From assembly GCA_963705275.1 (NCBI GenBank), contig OY970063.1, positions 1,329,039 through 1,393,038 on the forward strand: a stretch of DNA of 64,000 nucleotides, read 5' to 3'. Below the pieces are notes generated by a model that saw only the letters and a program-made list of their open reading frames with translations, was not told where the DNA came from and ran no database searches. Both the position numbers and the translations under genes were made by a program. The stretch's first letter is position 1, and the number at the start of each line of letters is the position of its first letter. This DNA comes from an uncultured delta proteobacterium (GTDB taxonomy: Bacteria > Desulfobacterota > Syntrophia > Syntrophales > UBA2185). Positions 18,109 through 27,554 of the stretch are shown here, in pieces.

Positions 18109-18645
18109 CTATAACTTCTTGATCTTTATCATGGCTGATTTTTCCCTCCGGGAAAGTCTCCTTGATGGTCCTTTCTTTTTTACTCCTCTCTTTATTGCAT
18201 CATCTTCTTCTTTATCTGATCTTACTTCCGTCTGCCGGGCATGGTCCGTCATAGGGGTTTTTGCCCTCCTCATCAGTTCGTCAAAATCCAGTGATGATAT
18301 AGCTGTTTCCCCACGGCGACTGACAAAATCGGCGATGTCCCTGTCCGAAGTTACAACAACAATTTCTTCCCCCCTTTCTTGAACCATCCTTTTGATGACT
18401 TCGTCCGCTTTTTCGCCCTTCCGGGAATAGATGATGTCAATGCCTGAGAGTCGATCCCTCTCTTCCTCGACAGGCCCGCCCTGCCAGCCGTCGAAGACAA
18501 TGGTCATCTTGTATCCTCTCTGTTCTTTATAAGGAGATATGCTGCGTATCAGAGCCTTTCGGCCTTCCTCCAGGCTGAATCTCTCATACCGTCTCAAGGC
18601 ATCTGATTGTCTTATCAGATTATACCCGTCAATGATGATATGCAT
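18109..18645 (-). CDS. NYN-domain ribonuclease-like protein (YacP/Rae1 family)
   Basis: 178 aa with MHIIIDGYNLIR... and VVVTSDRDIADFV (PIN/NYN acidic residues), plus a basic K/R-rich C-terminal tail. Confidence 0.7.
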   Translation of the reverse strand: MHIIIDGYNLIRQSDALRRYERFSLEEGRKALIRSISPYKEQRGYKMTIVFDGWQGGPVEEERDRLSGIDIIYSRKGEKADEVIKRMVQERGEEIVVVTSDRDIADFVSRRGETAISSLDFDELMRRAKTPMTDHARQTEVRSDKEEDDAIKRGVKKKGPSRRLSRREKSAMIKIKKL

Positions 18646-18750
18646 GATGGCAAATGCCCGCTTAATTTCATCGCTTATTGACCTAAGAGAGGAAGGGTGA
18701 CTCTTCTGCCGCTCCTCAGGTTAGGCATCTGATGCCAAATTATTTATTAT

Positions 18751-18770
18751 CCGGACGCTCCGGTTTTTTT
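18751..18770 (+). terminator. Orphan terminator-like hairpin plus T7 run
   Basis: ccgga-cgc-tccgg is followed by ttttttt, and a second hairpin ggcat-ctg-atgcc (18724-18736) precedes it. No + strand gene lies upstream, so it may mark a small RNA 3' end or an insulator. Confidence 0.35.
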
Positions 18771-19117
18771 CTTGACCTCGACACCGCAATTCTGCTATTT
18801 TCCGCTTGTCTTTATAATAGAAAGTTCTTTGCAGGTCAATTCCTACCTTAATACTTCTGCAAGCGAGTGGCAACAGGACACGTTGCCACATAACGAAAAA
18901 AATTAAGATATCCATGAACCTTCGGTATTCGCACAAAATTTTCTACGCCCATGATTCCACAATGATGCAAGAAATGGGTGGCAACAGCTGGCCTTGCATA
19001 AAGTTTAAGATTCAAAGCATGTCCGTCGACTTCCTCATTGTTGCTAGAACTCCCAACCAGTGTGGCTAAGATTAATAGAATTCGACTAAGAAAATTATAT
19101 GATTAGGAGGACGAAAA

Positions 19118-20260
19118 ATGGATTTTGAATTAGACGATGAATTGAAGATGTTGAAGGAAATGTCATACAAATTTGCCCAGGCTGAGTTTACCGGTATATC
19201 CCATGAATGTGACGAGGGAGAAAAATACACCCCGGACATTCGCAGAAAGGCCGCTGAAAATGGTCTCATCGGGGCATGGATTCCCGAAGAATATGGCGGT
19301 GCAGGGGCGGGTTTTTTGGGCAATGCCATCATCACAGAAGAGCTGTCCAAAGTGGACATGGGAGTGGGCTTGAATGTCGTTGCCGCCACATTCGGCTGCG
19401 AATCCATACTACACTTCGGGTCGGAAGAGCAGAAAAAGACATACCTCCCGCCGGTATGCAGAGGGGAGTGGGTCAGTGCCGGGGCATTTACGGAGCCCAA
19501 TGCCGGCACAGATGTGGCGGGATACAAAACTAAGGCTGCTAAAGACGGAAACGACTATGTCATCAGCGGCAATAAAATGTTCATAACCAATGGCACTGTC
19601 TGCGACTTCATGGTAGCCCAGTGCATTACCAACCCGGAGGAAAAAAAGCACAACAGCTTCAGCCTTATCATAGTTAGAGCCGATACGCCGGGGATAACGA
19701 GAAACAAGATTCATGGGAAAATGGGTATCCGCTCCAGTGATACGGCAGAAATCGCTTTTGAGGATGTGCGGGTTCCTCGGACTAACCTGGTTGGCAAGGA
19801 AGGCAACGGCTTCCGGCAGTTGATGCATTTTTTTGATACAACAAGGGTATTGGTCGCCGCCCAGGCCCTCGGCCTTTCCGAAGCCTGTCTGGAGACAAGC
19901 ATCAAGTACGTCAAGGAAAGAACAGCATTTGGAGCCCCATTGGGTTCGTTCCAGCTGACCCAGATGAAACTGACGGAAATGGCAATCAAAATAGAGGCTC
20001 TCCGGGGTCTTATTTATAAATCGGCATGGCTTCTTGATGAGGGCAGGCCGGACTATACGCTGGCTGCGATGGCGAAGTACTGCGGAGGTCAGACGGCGGT
20101 CTTCTGCGCGAATTACGCCGTGGAACTGCACGGTGGATACGGTTACGTTGACGAGTACAACGTCCAGAAATGGTACCGTGACGCCAAAATTCTCGAACTT
20201 TACGAAGGAACTAAAGAAGCTGAAATCATGACCATCGGCAGAACTCTGCAGGCACGGTAG
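19118..20260 (+). CDS. Acyl-CoA dehydrogenase (short/medium-chain type)
   Basis: 380 aa with AGGAGG as RBS. The ACAD fold is indicated by AFTEPNAGTDVAG, FITNG, GKMGIRSSDTAEIAFEDVRVP and the C-terminal catalytic-Glu motif ILELYEGTKEAEIMTIGR. Confidence 0.85.
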   Translation: MDFELDDELKMLKEMSYKFAQAEFTGISHECDEGEKYTPDIRRKAAENGLIGAWIPEEYGGAGAGFLGNAIITEELSKVDMGVGLNVVAATFGCESILHFGSEEQKKTYLPPVCRGEWVSAGAFTEPNAGTDVAGYKTKAAKDGNDYVISGNKMFITNGTVCDFMVAQCITNPEEKKHNSFSLIIVRADTPGITRNKIHGKMGIRSSDTAEIAFEDVRVPRTNLVGKEGNGFRQLMHFFDTTRVLVAAQALGLSEACLETSIKYVKERTAFGAPLGSFQLTQMKLTEMAIKIEALRGLIYKSAWLLDEGRPDYTLAAMAKYCGGQTAVFCANYAVELHGGYGYVDEYNVQKWYRDAKILELYEGTKEAEIMTIGRTLQAR

Positions 20261-20265
20261 TCATA

Positions 20266-20318
20266 CAAAAAAAATGCTCCCGTCCCCGTCTTAACAAGAA
20301 TGGGGATGGGGGCATTTC
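20266..20318. terminator. Bidirectional terminator hairpin between acd and rpe
   Basis: A 14-bp stem pairs atgctcccgtcccc (20274-20287) with ggggatgggggcat (20302-20315). It is flanked by A8 upstream (a U-run for the minus-strand rpe transcript) and TTT downstream. Confidence 0.5.
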
Positions 20319-20334
20319 CAATTCTAAGTGGAGA

Positions 20335-20994
20335 TCAACCGCCTATGAGGGCTTTCATGGCCCTGACGGTATGAGCATAGTCGTCGCTCCCGAAGATGGC
20401 TGCGCCCGATACTATGACGTCTGCGCCGGCTTCAGCTACCAGTCGAATATTATCGAGAGTTACGCCACCATCAACTTCGATGGCGACATCTGGCGCAACG
20501 GCATTCACCATCTCCCTTGCTTGCGCTATCTTCGGCAGGACATGCTCTATGAATTTCTGTCCCCCGAATCCGGGATCAACTGACATGACAAGGAGAAGAT
20601 CAATATCTTTCAGAATCGGCTCAACTTGTAAGAGTGGCGTGGCAGGATTAAGAGACACGCCCGCCTTGATGCCCCTTTCCTTTATCTGGGCAATGGTCCT
20701 GTGGAGATGCCAGGCTGTCTCGGCATGAATTGTTATGACATCACTCCCTGCTTCGGCAAAGGAGTCTATATAACTTTCCGGATTTGAAATCATGAGATGC
20801 ACGTCGAAAGGAAGTCTTGTGATCTTTCGGAGCCATTTTACCGGACCTGGCCCGATAGTGATATTAGGAACGAAATGACCGTCCATTACATCTATGTGTA
20901 TCCAGTCGGCGCCGGCTCTTTCCACAGCCATGATTTCTTCACCGAGCCGGCTGAAGTCAGCGGAGAGGATGGAAGGGGCAATCTTCTTCATCAA
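20335..20994 (-). CDS. rpe: Ribulose-phosphate 3-epimerase
   Basis: Motifs IAPSILSADFSRLGEEI, HIDVMDGHFVPN, VMSVDPGFGGQKF and EVDGG. Confidence 0.9.
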   Translation of the reverse strand: MMKKIAPSILSADFSRLGEEIMAVERAGADWIHIDVMDGHFVPNITIGPGPVKWLRKITRLPFDVHLMISNPESYIDSFAEAGSDVITIHAETAWHLHRTIAQIKERGIKAGVSLNPATPLLQVEPILKDIDLLLVMSVDPGFGGQKFIEHVLPKIAQAREMVNAVAPDVAIEVDGGVTLDNIRLVAEAGADVIVSGAAIFGSDDYAHTVRAMKALIGG

Positions 20995-21183
20995 ATGCCT
21001 TCTTTTTCGCTCTTCTGAAACTTATGAAAAAATGTGTCTTGCGTCATTTTTTTGAAAGAATTGTACTGACGAAATGTCAATACACCATCGATGCATACCT
21101 GTCAATAATTACTGAAAGGGAGAAAAGGCCCTTGACAAAATAATTCTAAGAGCCCATGCTTCCGGCAAAATCCAATCACATAA

Positions 21184-22488
21184 TTGCAATCAATGTACTT
21201 TCTTTATAACATTCTATTATTTATGGCTGCCTTGTTTGCTCTCCCCTACTATGCGATCAAGATGACACTGACGGGAAAATACAGGCAAAGCATGGGATCG
21301 AAGTTCGGGATTATCAGGCCCTCAATCTTCGCAGAGATGAAGGGCAGCCCCAGGATATGGATACATGCTGTATCCGTCGGCGAGGTTACTGCTGCCGAGC
21401 CGATCGTTGCTTCCTTGAGAACGCACTTCCCTGAGGCCTGCATTGTACTATCCACCAGCACTGAAACGGGCCAGGACATAGCGAGAAGGATTGTCACCGG
21501 AGCTACGTCCTTTATATACTACCCTCTTGATATCCCGTTTGTCGTAAGAAAGGTTATCACGAAAGTGAGGCCTGATATCTTTATCCTTACAGAGACGGAA
21601 CTGTGGCCCAATTTTATCAGGGAGTGTAAAGAACAGGGAGCGAAGGTAATTATGGTCAACGGTCGCATCTCTCAACACTCCTATCAAAGGTATGCCATGA
21701 CAAGGTTCTTCTGGAAAGGCATTGTAAATTTGATAGACGAAATGGGTGTGATTTCGGAAATTGATGGCGAGCGTATGAAAGCGATTGGTATGGCGCCATC
21801 CAAGGTTCATGTCATGGGTAACGCAAAGTACGACAGCTTCGCTGCGAAGGCATCCCCTCCTGTCCGGGAAGAGATGGAAAGAAGGATGAACCTCACAAAA
21901 ATGGACAGGGTCTTCGTGGCGGGAAGCACCCATGACAGCGAGGAGAAAATAGTCCTCTATGTTTACAAACGCCTCCTTGAGAGTTACCATGATTTAAAAT
22001 TGATTATCGTCCCTCGACATCCGGAAAGAGGTCATGCAGTTTTGTCCTTGGTCAAGGAGGCAGGCTTTCACGATTGCCTGACGATGACTGAGATCAACGG
22101 TGGCAGACGTCGAATCGGCGAGCGGATTATCGTTATCGATGTCATAGGTGAACTCTTCAAAGTATACTCTCTCGCTTCTGTGGTCTTCTGCGGTGGTTCC
22201 CTTGTCCCGAAGGGCGGGCAAAACATCCTCGAACCTGCAGCATGGGGCAAGGTCATTTTTTATGGACCCTCCATGGATGACTTCAAGGACGAAAAGGAAC
22301 TTTTGGAAAAGAGCGGGGCGGGGATAACGGTGAAAGGCGGCGAAGAATTACTTAACGGCATCCTCAAGCTCATGTCTGATCCTGATGCGCTTGCGAGGAA
22401 GGGAGAGGAGGGGCGAAAAATTGTGGTTGCCAATATGGGGGCTGCAGATAGATATGCCGAGATGGTCAGGTCACATATTGAAAGATAA
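21184..22488 (+). CDS. waaA: 3-deoxy-D-manno-octulosonic acid (Kdo) transferase
   Basis: 434 aa with an N-terminal membrane helix, WIHAVSVGE, ETELWPN and the C-terminal GGSLVPKGGQNILEPAAWGKV. Confidence 0.85.
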   Translation: MQSMYFLYNILLFMAALFALPYYAIKMTLTGKYRQSMGSKFGIIRPSIFAEMKGSPRIWIHAVSVGEVTAAEPIVASLRTHFPEACIVLSTSTETGQDIARRIVTGATSFIYYPLDIPFVVRKVITKVRPDIFILTETELWPNFIRECKEQGAKVIMVNGRISQHSYQRYAMTRFFWKGIVNLIDEMGVISEIDGERMKAIGMAPSKVHVMGNAKYDSFAAKASPPVREEMERRMNLTKMDRVFVAGSTHDSEEKIVLYVYKRLLESYHDLKLIIVPRHPERGHAVLSLVKEAGFHDCLTMTEINGGRRRIGERIIVIDVIGELFKVYSLASVVFCGGSLVPKGGQNILEPAAWGKVIFYGPSMDDFKDEKELLEKSGAGITVKGGEELLNGILKLMSDPDALARKGEEGRKIVVANMGAADRYAEMVRSHIER

Positions 22489-22571
22489 ATTGTCTATCCA
22501 TGCATTCATCATGTGATACTGATAAATCGTCAAGCTTGCAAAACAGATCCCGCCCTTTGATCAAGACAGTA

Positions 22572-23471
22572 TCAGCCCTCGGCCCGCTTCAGGTATTCGT
22601 TCCATCTCGTGTCAACCCACCGCTGGAGCTGCCTCAGTTGCTCGATGCTCATTTTTCGGAAGCGCCCCTGTCTCTCGACATAATTGATTACAGGCAGCTT
22701 GTTTCCTTTTTCCGCCAGTGTCTTGCTTCTTCCGGTAAAGCGAAATTTGCCATCTTCAACCTCGAAGAGGACGACGATCCCCGTCTCTACCGCAAGCCTC
22801 CCGACGCGTACCGTGTCCTTAGGTGCGTAACCCCACCCCGGAGGGCAAGGAACGGCGATCTGCATATACCGCGCTCCTTTAATGCGCTTAGCCTTGACAA
22901 ATTTATCGTACAGGTCGATCGGATATGCCGATGAAGTGGTAGCGAGATAAGGCAGGTCGTGGGCTTCCATAATTCGCAGCATATCCTTTTTGGGCTGCTG
23001 CTTGGTTAAGACCGGTGTGGTAGAGGTCAATGCGCCTATGGGTGTGGCACTGGAGCGCTGTGTACCGGTATTCATGTACCCCTCGTTGTCATAACAGACA
23101 TATATGAAGTCCGTGCCCCTTTCGGCTGCACCGCTCAGAGCCTGGATTCCCATGTCGAAAGTACCGCCGTCTCCGGCAATGGCTACGACTGTAATGTCCG
23201 TACGATTGAGGGCATTCAGGCCAGCGACAAGACCCGACGCAGAGGCCGCCGTACTGGCGAATGTACAATTGAGGGCAGGAATAGTCACGGATGTCGTCGG
23301 ATACAGGCCATGGAGAACGGTCAGGCAACAGGCCGGAAATGTCATAATCGTATTTTCACGCAATGCTTTCAGAACATAGCGGTACGCCAGGGACAGGCCG
23401 CAACCCTGACAGGCCCTCTGACCAGGGAGCATATACTCTTCAATATTAACCTTAAACAGGTTCTCTGGCAT
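22572..23471 (-). CDS. 2-oxoacid:ferredoxin oxidoreductase, beta (TPP-binding) subunit
   Basis: Motifs CQGCG and GDGGTFDMGIQALSGAAERG (TPP motif). It is part of a gamma-delta-alpha-beta operon. Substrate (pyruvate, 2-oxoisovalerate or 2-oxoglutarate) cannot be resolved. Confidence 0.85.
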   Translation of the reverse strand: MPENLFKVNIEEYMLPGQRACQGCGLSLAYRYVLKALRENTIMTFPACCLTVLHGLYPTTSVTIPALNCTFASTAASASGLVAGLNALNRTDITVVAIAGDGGTFDMGIQALSGAAERGTDFIYVCYDNEGYMNTGTQRSSATPIGALTSTTPVLTKQQPKKDMLRIMEAHDLPYLATTSSAYPIDLYDKFVKAKRIKGARYMQIAVPCPPGWGYAPKDTVRVGRLAVETGIVVLFEVEDGKFRFTGRSKTLAEKGNKLPVINYVERQGRFRKMSIEQLRQLQRWVDTRWNEYLKRAEG

Positions 23472-23475
23472 ATTC

Positions 23476-24684
23476 TCACTCCGTAAAACAGTTTAGCCAT
23501 TTCGGCACAGGTTCCGTATCCCCTGCGGCGATTGCGTCCCGTGACGATCCTACTGCCTCGGCGAGTTCCCTCGCTTTGACATCACGGCCCCCGAGGCCGC
23601 AGATGTAGTTGTGGATGGGCAACCGGATATCCGTCCCGTAAAAGGCAGCCTTTATTTCGGAACACAAAGCTCCTTCATATCCGTAGCTGATCCCCTTTTC
23701 GAATACGCAGATAGCCTTTGCCTTACTGAAAGCCGCGCGGACGTCTTCTTTCGGGAAGGGCCTAAAGACCCTTATTCCGACAACTCCGGCTTTCATACCC
23801 GCCGCCCTCAGCATATCCGCTGCCGCGGTGGCTTCGCTGGCTACAGAACCCATCCCTGCAAGTATCATCTCGGCGTCATCTGTCTTATATTGCCATAGCA
23901 TGCCGCCGTGATCTCTCCCAAAAGCCCCGGCAAATTGGCGACTCGTAGAAATAATAACATCACGAGATTCATTGAGGGCCTTCTGAAGTTTATAGCGCAT
24001 TTCCATATATCCATCACACAGCACACCCTCTGAATTAGCCCTTCGCCAAGGAAAGAGAACAGGATTGATATTCATGGGAGCTTCCGGCGACAGGATTGTA
24101 TGGGGCTTATAAGGGGGCAGGAAATCGGAGACTGCCTCAGCGTCGGGGATCTCTACGGGCATCATTGTATGAGACATGACGAAACCATCGTAGCAGATCA
24201 TGACAGGCACATAGACGGACTCGGCAATCCGGTACGCCTGAATGATGGAGTCAATGATCTCCTGGTTGTCGCGGCAGTAGATCTGTATCCAGCCTGTATC
24301 ACGCTGTGCTATGGAATCCTGCTGGTCATTGAAAATCGTCCACGGCGCTCCCACTCCCCTGTTGATGCAGCACATCACAATAGGCAGTCTCGCGCCGGCT
24401 GCCCAATGTATCTGCTCATGCATATAAAGCAGTCCCTGGGAACTGGTAGAAGTGAAGACGCGCGCCCCCACGGTGGATGCCGATATGCAAACCGCAAGCG
24501 CGGAATGCTCGGATTCAACGCGGATATATTCTGCCTTAAGTTCACCGCCCTCAATCAACTGGGAAAGCATCTCCGTTACAGAGGTCTGCGGCGTAATGGG
24601 ATAGGCCGCCACGACCTGAACATGGCTGAGCTTTGCCCCGAGAGCCGCAGCCTGGTTGCCCGTCATGATTTGTACTTCAGCCAT
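23476..24684 (-). CDS. 2-oxoacid:ferredoxin oxidoreductase, alpha subunit
   Basis: 402 aa with GNQAAALGA...VAAYPITPQT and ESEHSA motifs. It is adjacent to the beta subunit. Confidence 0.85.
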   Translation of the reverse strand: MAEVQIMTGNQAAALGAKLSHVQVVAAYPITPQTSVTEMLSQLIEGGELKAEYIRVESEHSALAVCISASTVGARVFTSTSSQGLLYMHEQIHWAAGARLPIVMCCINRGVGAPWTIFNDQQDSIAQRDTGWIQIYCRDNQEIIDSIIQAYRIAESVYVPVMICYDGFVMSHTMMPVEIPDAEAVSDFLPPYKPHTILSPEAPMNINPVLFPWRRANSEGVLCDGYMEMRYKLQKALNESRDVIISTSRQFAGAFGRDHGGMLWQYKTDDAEMILAGMGSVASEATAAADMLRAAGMKAGVVGIRVFRPFPKEDVRAAFSKAKAICVFEKGISYGYEGALCSEIKAAFYGTDIRLPIHNYICGLGGRDVKARELAEAVGSSRDAIAAGDTEPVPKWLNCFTE

Positions 24685-24970
24685 TTTTCTCCCCCTCGCT
24701 CACCATAGTAATCGCTTTTCCGGGACACTCTTCAGCGCAAATGCCGCAACCCTTGCAGTATTCCAGGTCGATTTCCAGGGGGATCGTCGCTTTGATTACT
24801 CCTTCCGGACAGTAGAGCCAGCAGAGAAAACAGGCAGCCTTTTTCTTAATGGAGGGGATGCACTTTGAATGATCACAAACTGGCCTCATATCCCGCCAGT
24901 CGCCCGTTTTCCCCGCTTCTCCAATGGCAGGTGTGGCCATGGCGGAAATATTCCTGTCTTTCTTCTTCAC
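24677..24970 (-). CDS. 2-oxoacid:ferredoxin oxidoreductase, delta subunit (2x[4Fe-4S] ferredoxin)
   Basis: 97 aa with CKGCGICAEECP plus a second Cys cluster (CFLCWLYCP). Confidence 0.8.
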   Translation of the reverse strand: MKKKDRNISAMATPAIGEAGKTGDWRDMRPVCDHSKCIPSIKKKAACFLCWLYCPEGVIKATIPLEIDLEYCKGCGICAEECPGKAITMVSEGEKNG

Positions 24971-25548
24971 AGTTTTTGTCCTCTATTGGCGGCTATTATT
25001 AAAGTCTGTTCAAATGCATCACGTAAGGCGGCAAAATTGGCAGAAGAAACGGCGCCGGATAATTTACCCTTCAGTCCTCTTTCCATCGCCTCAAGAGACA
25101 CAAGGTTTGATGCCCTGGCAAATGCCCCCAGCATCGTGGTGTTGATAATGGGTTTCCCCTCTCTGATGAGATGGTGTTTAAGTGCAATATTTCCCGCATC
25201 AACCGTGGCTACGCTGATCTTCGTATCAAAATTTAGCTCATCTGGTTTCAAGGGGGTATTGACGATGATAAGCCCCCCATCTTTGAGCGTCGCCAGAATA
25301 TTTACTGCAGAAAGGAGAGATGGATCAAGAACAATAGATATATCCGCACGCTCAATCTGCGACACCATCCGGATTGGTTCTGACGAGATCCTGGTTGATG
25401 CTGTCAACGGGGCGCCTCTTCTTTCCGGGCCGAAGGTCGGTGCGGAGGTAACCCCTTTGAATCCTTGAATATACGCTGCCTCTGCCAGAATCTGTGCAGC
25501 TATCACAACACCCTGGCCGCCTCTTCCGTGCCATATTACTTCATGCAT
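24967..25548 (-). CDS. 2-oxoacid:ferredoxin oxidoreductase, gamma subunit
   Basis: 193 aa with the typical gamma N-terminus HGRGGQGVVIAAQILAEAA. It is the first gene of the operon. Confidence 0.8.
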   Translation of the reverse strand: MHEVIWHGRGGQGVVIAAQILAEAAYIQGFKGVTSAPTFGPERRGAPLTASTRISSEPIRMVSQIERADISIVLDPSLLSAVNILATLKDGGLIIVNTPLKPDELNFDTKISVATVDAGNIALKHHLIREGKPIINTTMLGAFARASNLVSLEAMERGLKGKLSGAVSSANFAALRDAFEQTLIIAANRGQKL

Positions 25549-25570
25549 ACCGCCTGTCCTTGCAAATCTA

Positions 25571-25612
25571 ATTAAAATAAAAAGGCCATGGATTTTTTGC
25601 CCATGGCCTTTT
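25571..25612 (-). terminator. Rho-independent terminator ending the hflX/TPR-membrane-protein operon
   Basis: A perfect 12-bp stem pairs aaaaggccatgg (25580-25591) with ccatggcctttt (25601-25612). On the minus strand it is followed by TTTTATTTT. Confidence 0.7.
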
Positions 25613-25829
25613 AGGATGATATCTACGTACTCTTATCCTGTCCTAAAAACGACGGGCGACGCGGATAGCCGCGTCAACAGAAGAGGGAGGAGGAGCAAGC
25701 GAATAACACACAAGACAAAGGTCTCTCTTCTTATTGATACATAGGTCATTTTCAGGAAATCCCATCCAAATTTTCTGAATGTATAGAATAAACGATAGCA
25801 TATGTCAATAGACAAATCATACCAGATAC

Positions 25830-27554
25830 TCACCTGAATTTCTTCTGCACAGCCTGAGCGTTTTTGAGATTTTCCTGCGCCATTGCGTAATCCGGGTTGA
25901 GACGCAATGCCTCCCGATAACTGGCGATGGCCTCGTCAAGCCTTCCTTGATAAAGCAAGGCGCTTCCCAGATTGTTATGAGCCTTTGCATACCCCGGACT
26001 GATGCGGATGCTTTCGCGAAACTGATTAATGGCGTCATCGAGTTTCCCTTCGGATGCCAGCACTGTCCCCAAATTATAGTGTGCATCAGCTGGGTTGTTG
26101 ATGCTGATAGCCTTCTGAAAGCGGGCAATGGCTTCGTCTCTTTTACCTTGTAGGGCCAAGGCGTAACCCAGGTTGTTTTGCGCCCAGGCATTTTCCGACG
26201 TAACCTTTATGGCACGTTCATAAAGTACGATGTTGTTGCGCCAATAACCTGTCTGGGCATACGTCATAATTACGCAAGCGAGAAGAATCCCCAGGGCGGC
26301 AGAAGCAAGGGCAATTCTTCTATAACGCCAGCGATTGAGAAGTTCCGGAACTCCCCAGGCAATCATGATGAAAACGCCGATGAGGGGCACATAGGTATAG
26401 CGATCGGCCATGGACTGTAATCCCACCTGCACCAATCCAATGACCGGTACAAGCGTTCCCAGATACCAAAGCCAGCCGACTATAAGGTAGGGGAAACGCA
26501 GGGCTGTTCGAATAGTCAGGTAGGTTGCAATCATTAGTGCCAACATCGCCGATACCGCCTGCCATGAGAGCAGTGCCTCGCCCCCATAGGGATAAAAGAT
26601 GGAGAGTTTCGCGGGCCATAGCATCTTCCCGATATAGCTGACATAAGAAGTCAGTGCATTGGCAATGCGACCGCCCAAGGGATAGAGCTCCATGGGTTTC
26701 ACTACTCGATGCTGGGCATAGAAGGTTATAAAACAGAAGAGTGTGGCGACAACAAAGAATGGCGCCTTTTCTTTCAGCAACGGTCGTATCCCTAGCCACA
26801 GGGCACGGGATTTTACACTACCTTTATTCTGTGCTGTATCTTTTCCGGGTTGCTGCGATTTCTGTTTTTTTTTCGCGCGCCTCGCCGGTTGTGATGTTGC
26901 GGCAGCGATGCGGGCGCCTGACTTCGCCAAGTTGAGCCGCTTGAGGGGCCAGTAATCCAGAAGGAGAAGGACAAAGGGCAAGGTGACCAGCATCGGCTTT
27001 GACATGAGACCCAGCAGGAAGAATGCGAGTACAAAGAGATACCTCTTATATCCGGGACGTTCCACATAGTAGACATACGCCCCCATGGTGAGCATCCAGA
27101 AAAAGGTGGAGAGGACGTCCTTCCGTTCAGCCACCCAGGCGACAGACTCCACATGAAGCGGATGCAGCGCAAAAAGCCCTGCCACAAAGGCGCTCTGCCA
27201 GAGACCCCTCGTCATGCGATGTAAAATGAGAAAGAGTAAGAGAGAATTGGCGACATGAAAGAAGAGGTTGACCAGATGATGCCGTCCCGGTTTCAGTCCG
27301 AACAACTGACAGTCCGACATGTGTGAGAGCCACGTCAGCGGGTGCCAATTATGGGCATGTGGTTCGGAAATGGCCCAGATTACGCCTTTAAGAGTAATCC
27401 CGGCCTGCACATAACGGTTTTCTGTTACATAATCGTTATCATCAAAGGATATGAACTCGTGGTTTCTGACTTGCCAGAAGACCGCAGTGGTTGTTATTGA
27501 CAGGGCAATACAGATTACCAGTACTAAATATTTTCCATTTATCTTACTTGTCAT
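25830..27554 (-). CDS. Polytopic membrane + C-terminal TPR protein, TMTC/PMT-like GT-C glycosyltransferase architecture (paralog A)
   Basis: 574 aa. The first-loop acidic motif is FISFDDNDYVTEN, followed by about 10 predicted TM helices and then about 5 TPR units (AxxNLGxALxxQGxxDEAIxxxxxAxxxxP). Its ATG overlaps the stop of paralog B (ATGA). Confidence 0.65.
   Translation of the reverse strand: MTSKINGKYLVLVICIALSITTTAVFWQVRNHEFISFDDNDYVTENRYVQAGITLKGVIWAISEPHAHNWHPLTWLSHMSDCQLFGLKPGRHHLVNLFFHVANSLLLFLILHRMTRGLWQSAFVAGLFALHPLHVESVAWVAERKDVLSTFFWMLTMGAYVYYVERPGYKRYLFVLAFFLLGLMSKPMLVTLPFVLLLLDYWPLKRLNLAKSGARIAAATSQPARRAKKKQKSQQPGKDTAQNKGSVKSRALWLGIRPLLKEKAPFFVVATLFCFITFYAQHRVVKPMELYPLGGRIANALTSYVSYIGKMLWPAKLSIFYPYGGEALLSWQAVSAMLALMIATYLTIRTALRFPYLIVGWLWYLGTLVPVIGLVQVGLQSMADRYTYVPLIGVFIMIAWGVPELLNRWRYRRIALASAALGILLACVIMTYAQTGYWRNNIVLYERAIKVTSENAWAQNNLGYALALQGKRDEAIARFQKAISINNPADAHYNLGTVLASEGKLDDAINQFRESIRISPGYAKAHNNLGSALLYQGRLDEAIASYREALRLNPDYAMAQENLKNAQAVQKKFR
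26980..27207. repeat. 228-bp near-identical tract shared by paralogs A and D (copy in A)
   Basis: It matches 33617-33844 (offset +6637) with only 2 mismatches by eye. The flanking paralogous sequence is much more diverged. Confidence 0.85.

Noticed and set aside
18721-18936. 71-aa ORF on the - strand in the yacP/acd intergenic region.
   Set aside because: It has no RBS or recognisable motif, and it overlaps hairpin/T-run and inverted-repeat elements that look regulatory.
18867-18997. TGGCA...TTGC strings that look like sigma-54 -24/-12 promoters.
   Set aside because: The GG-to-GC spacing is 16 nt (or 6 nt for the second site) rather than the required 12 or so. I therefore reported them only as repeated GTGGCAAC motifs.
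22500-22934. 144-aa ORF on the + strand after waaA.
   Set aside because: It overlaps the TPP-binding beta subunit on the opposite strand and has no motif or RBS support.
24100-25468. 202-aa and 199-aa ORFs on the + strand.
   Set aside because: They are antisense to the 2-oxoacid:ferredoxin oxidoreductase alpha, delta and gamma genes.
25633-25833. 66-aa ORF on the - strand in the gap between paralog A and the oxidoreductase operon.
   Set aside because: It has no RBS and an implausible composition, and it spans a region holding a small hairpin (gacgcgg-atag-ccgcgtc) and probably the por promoter.
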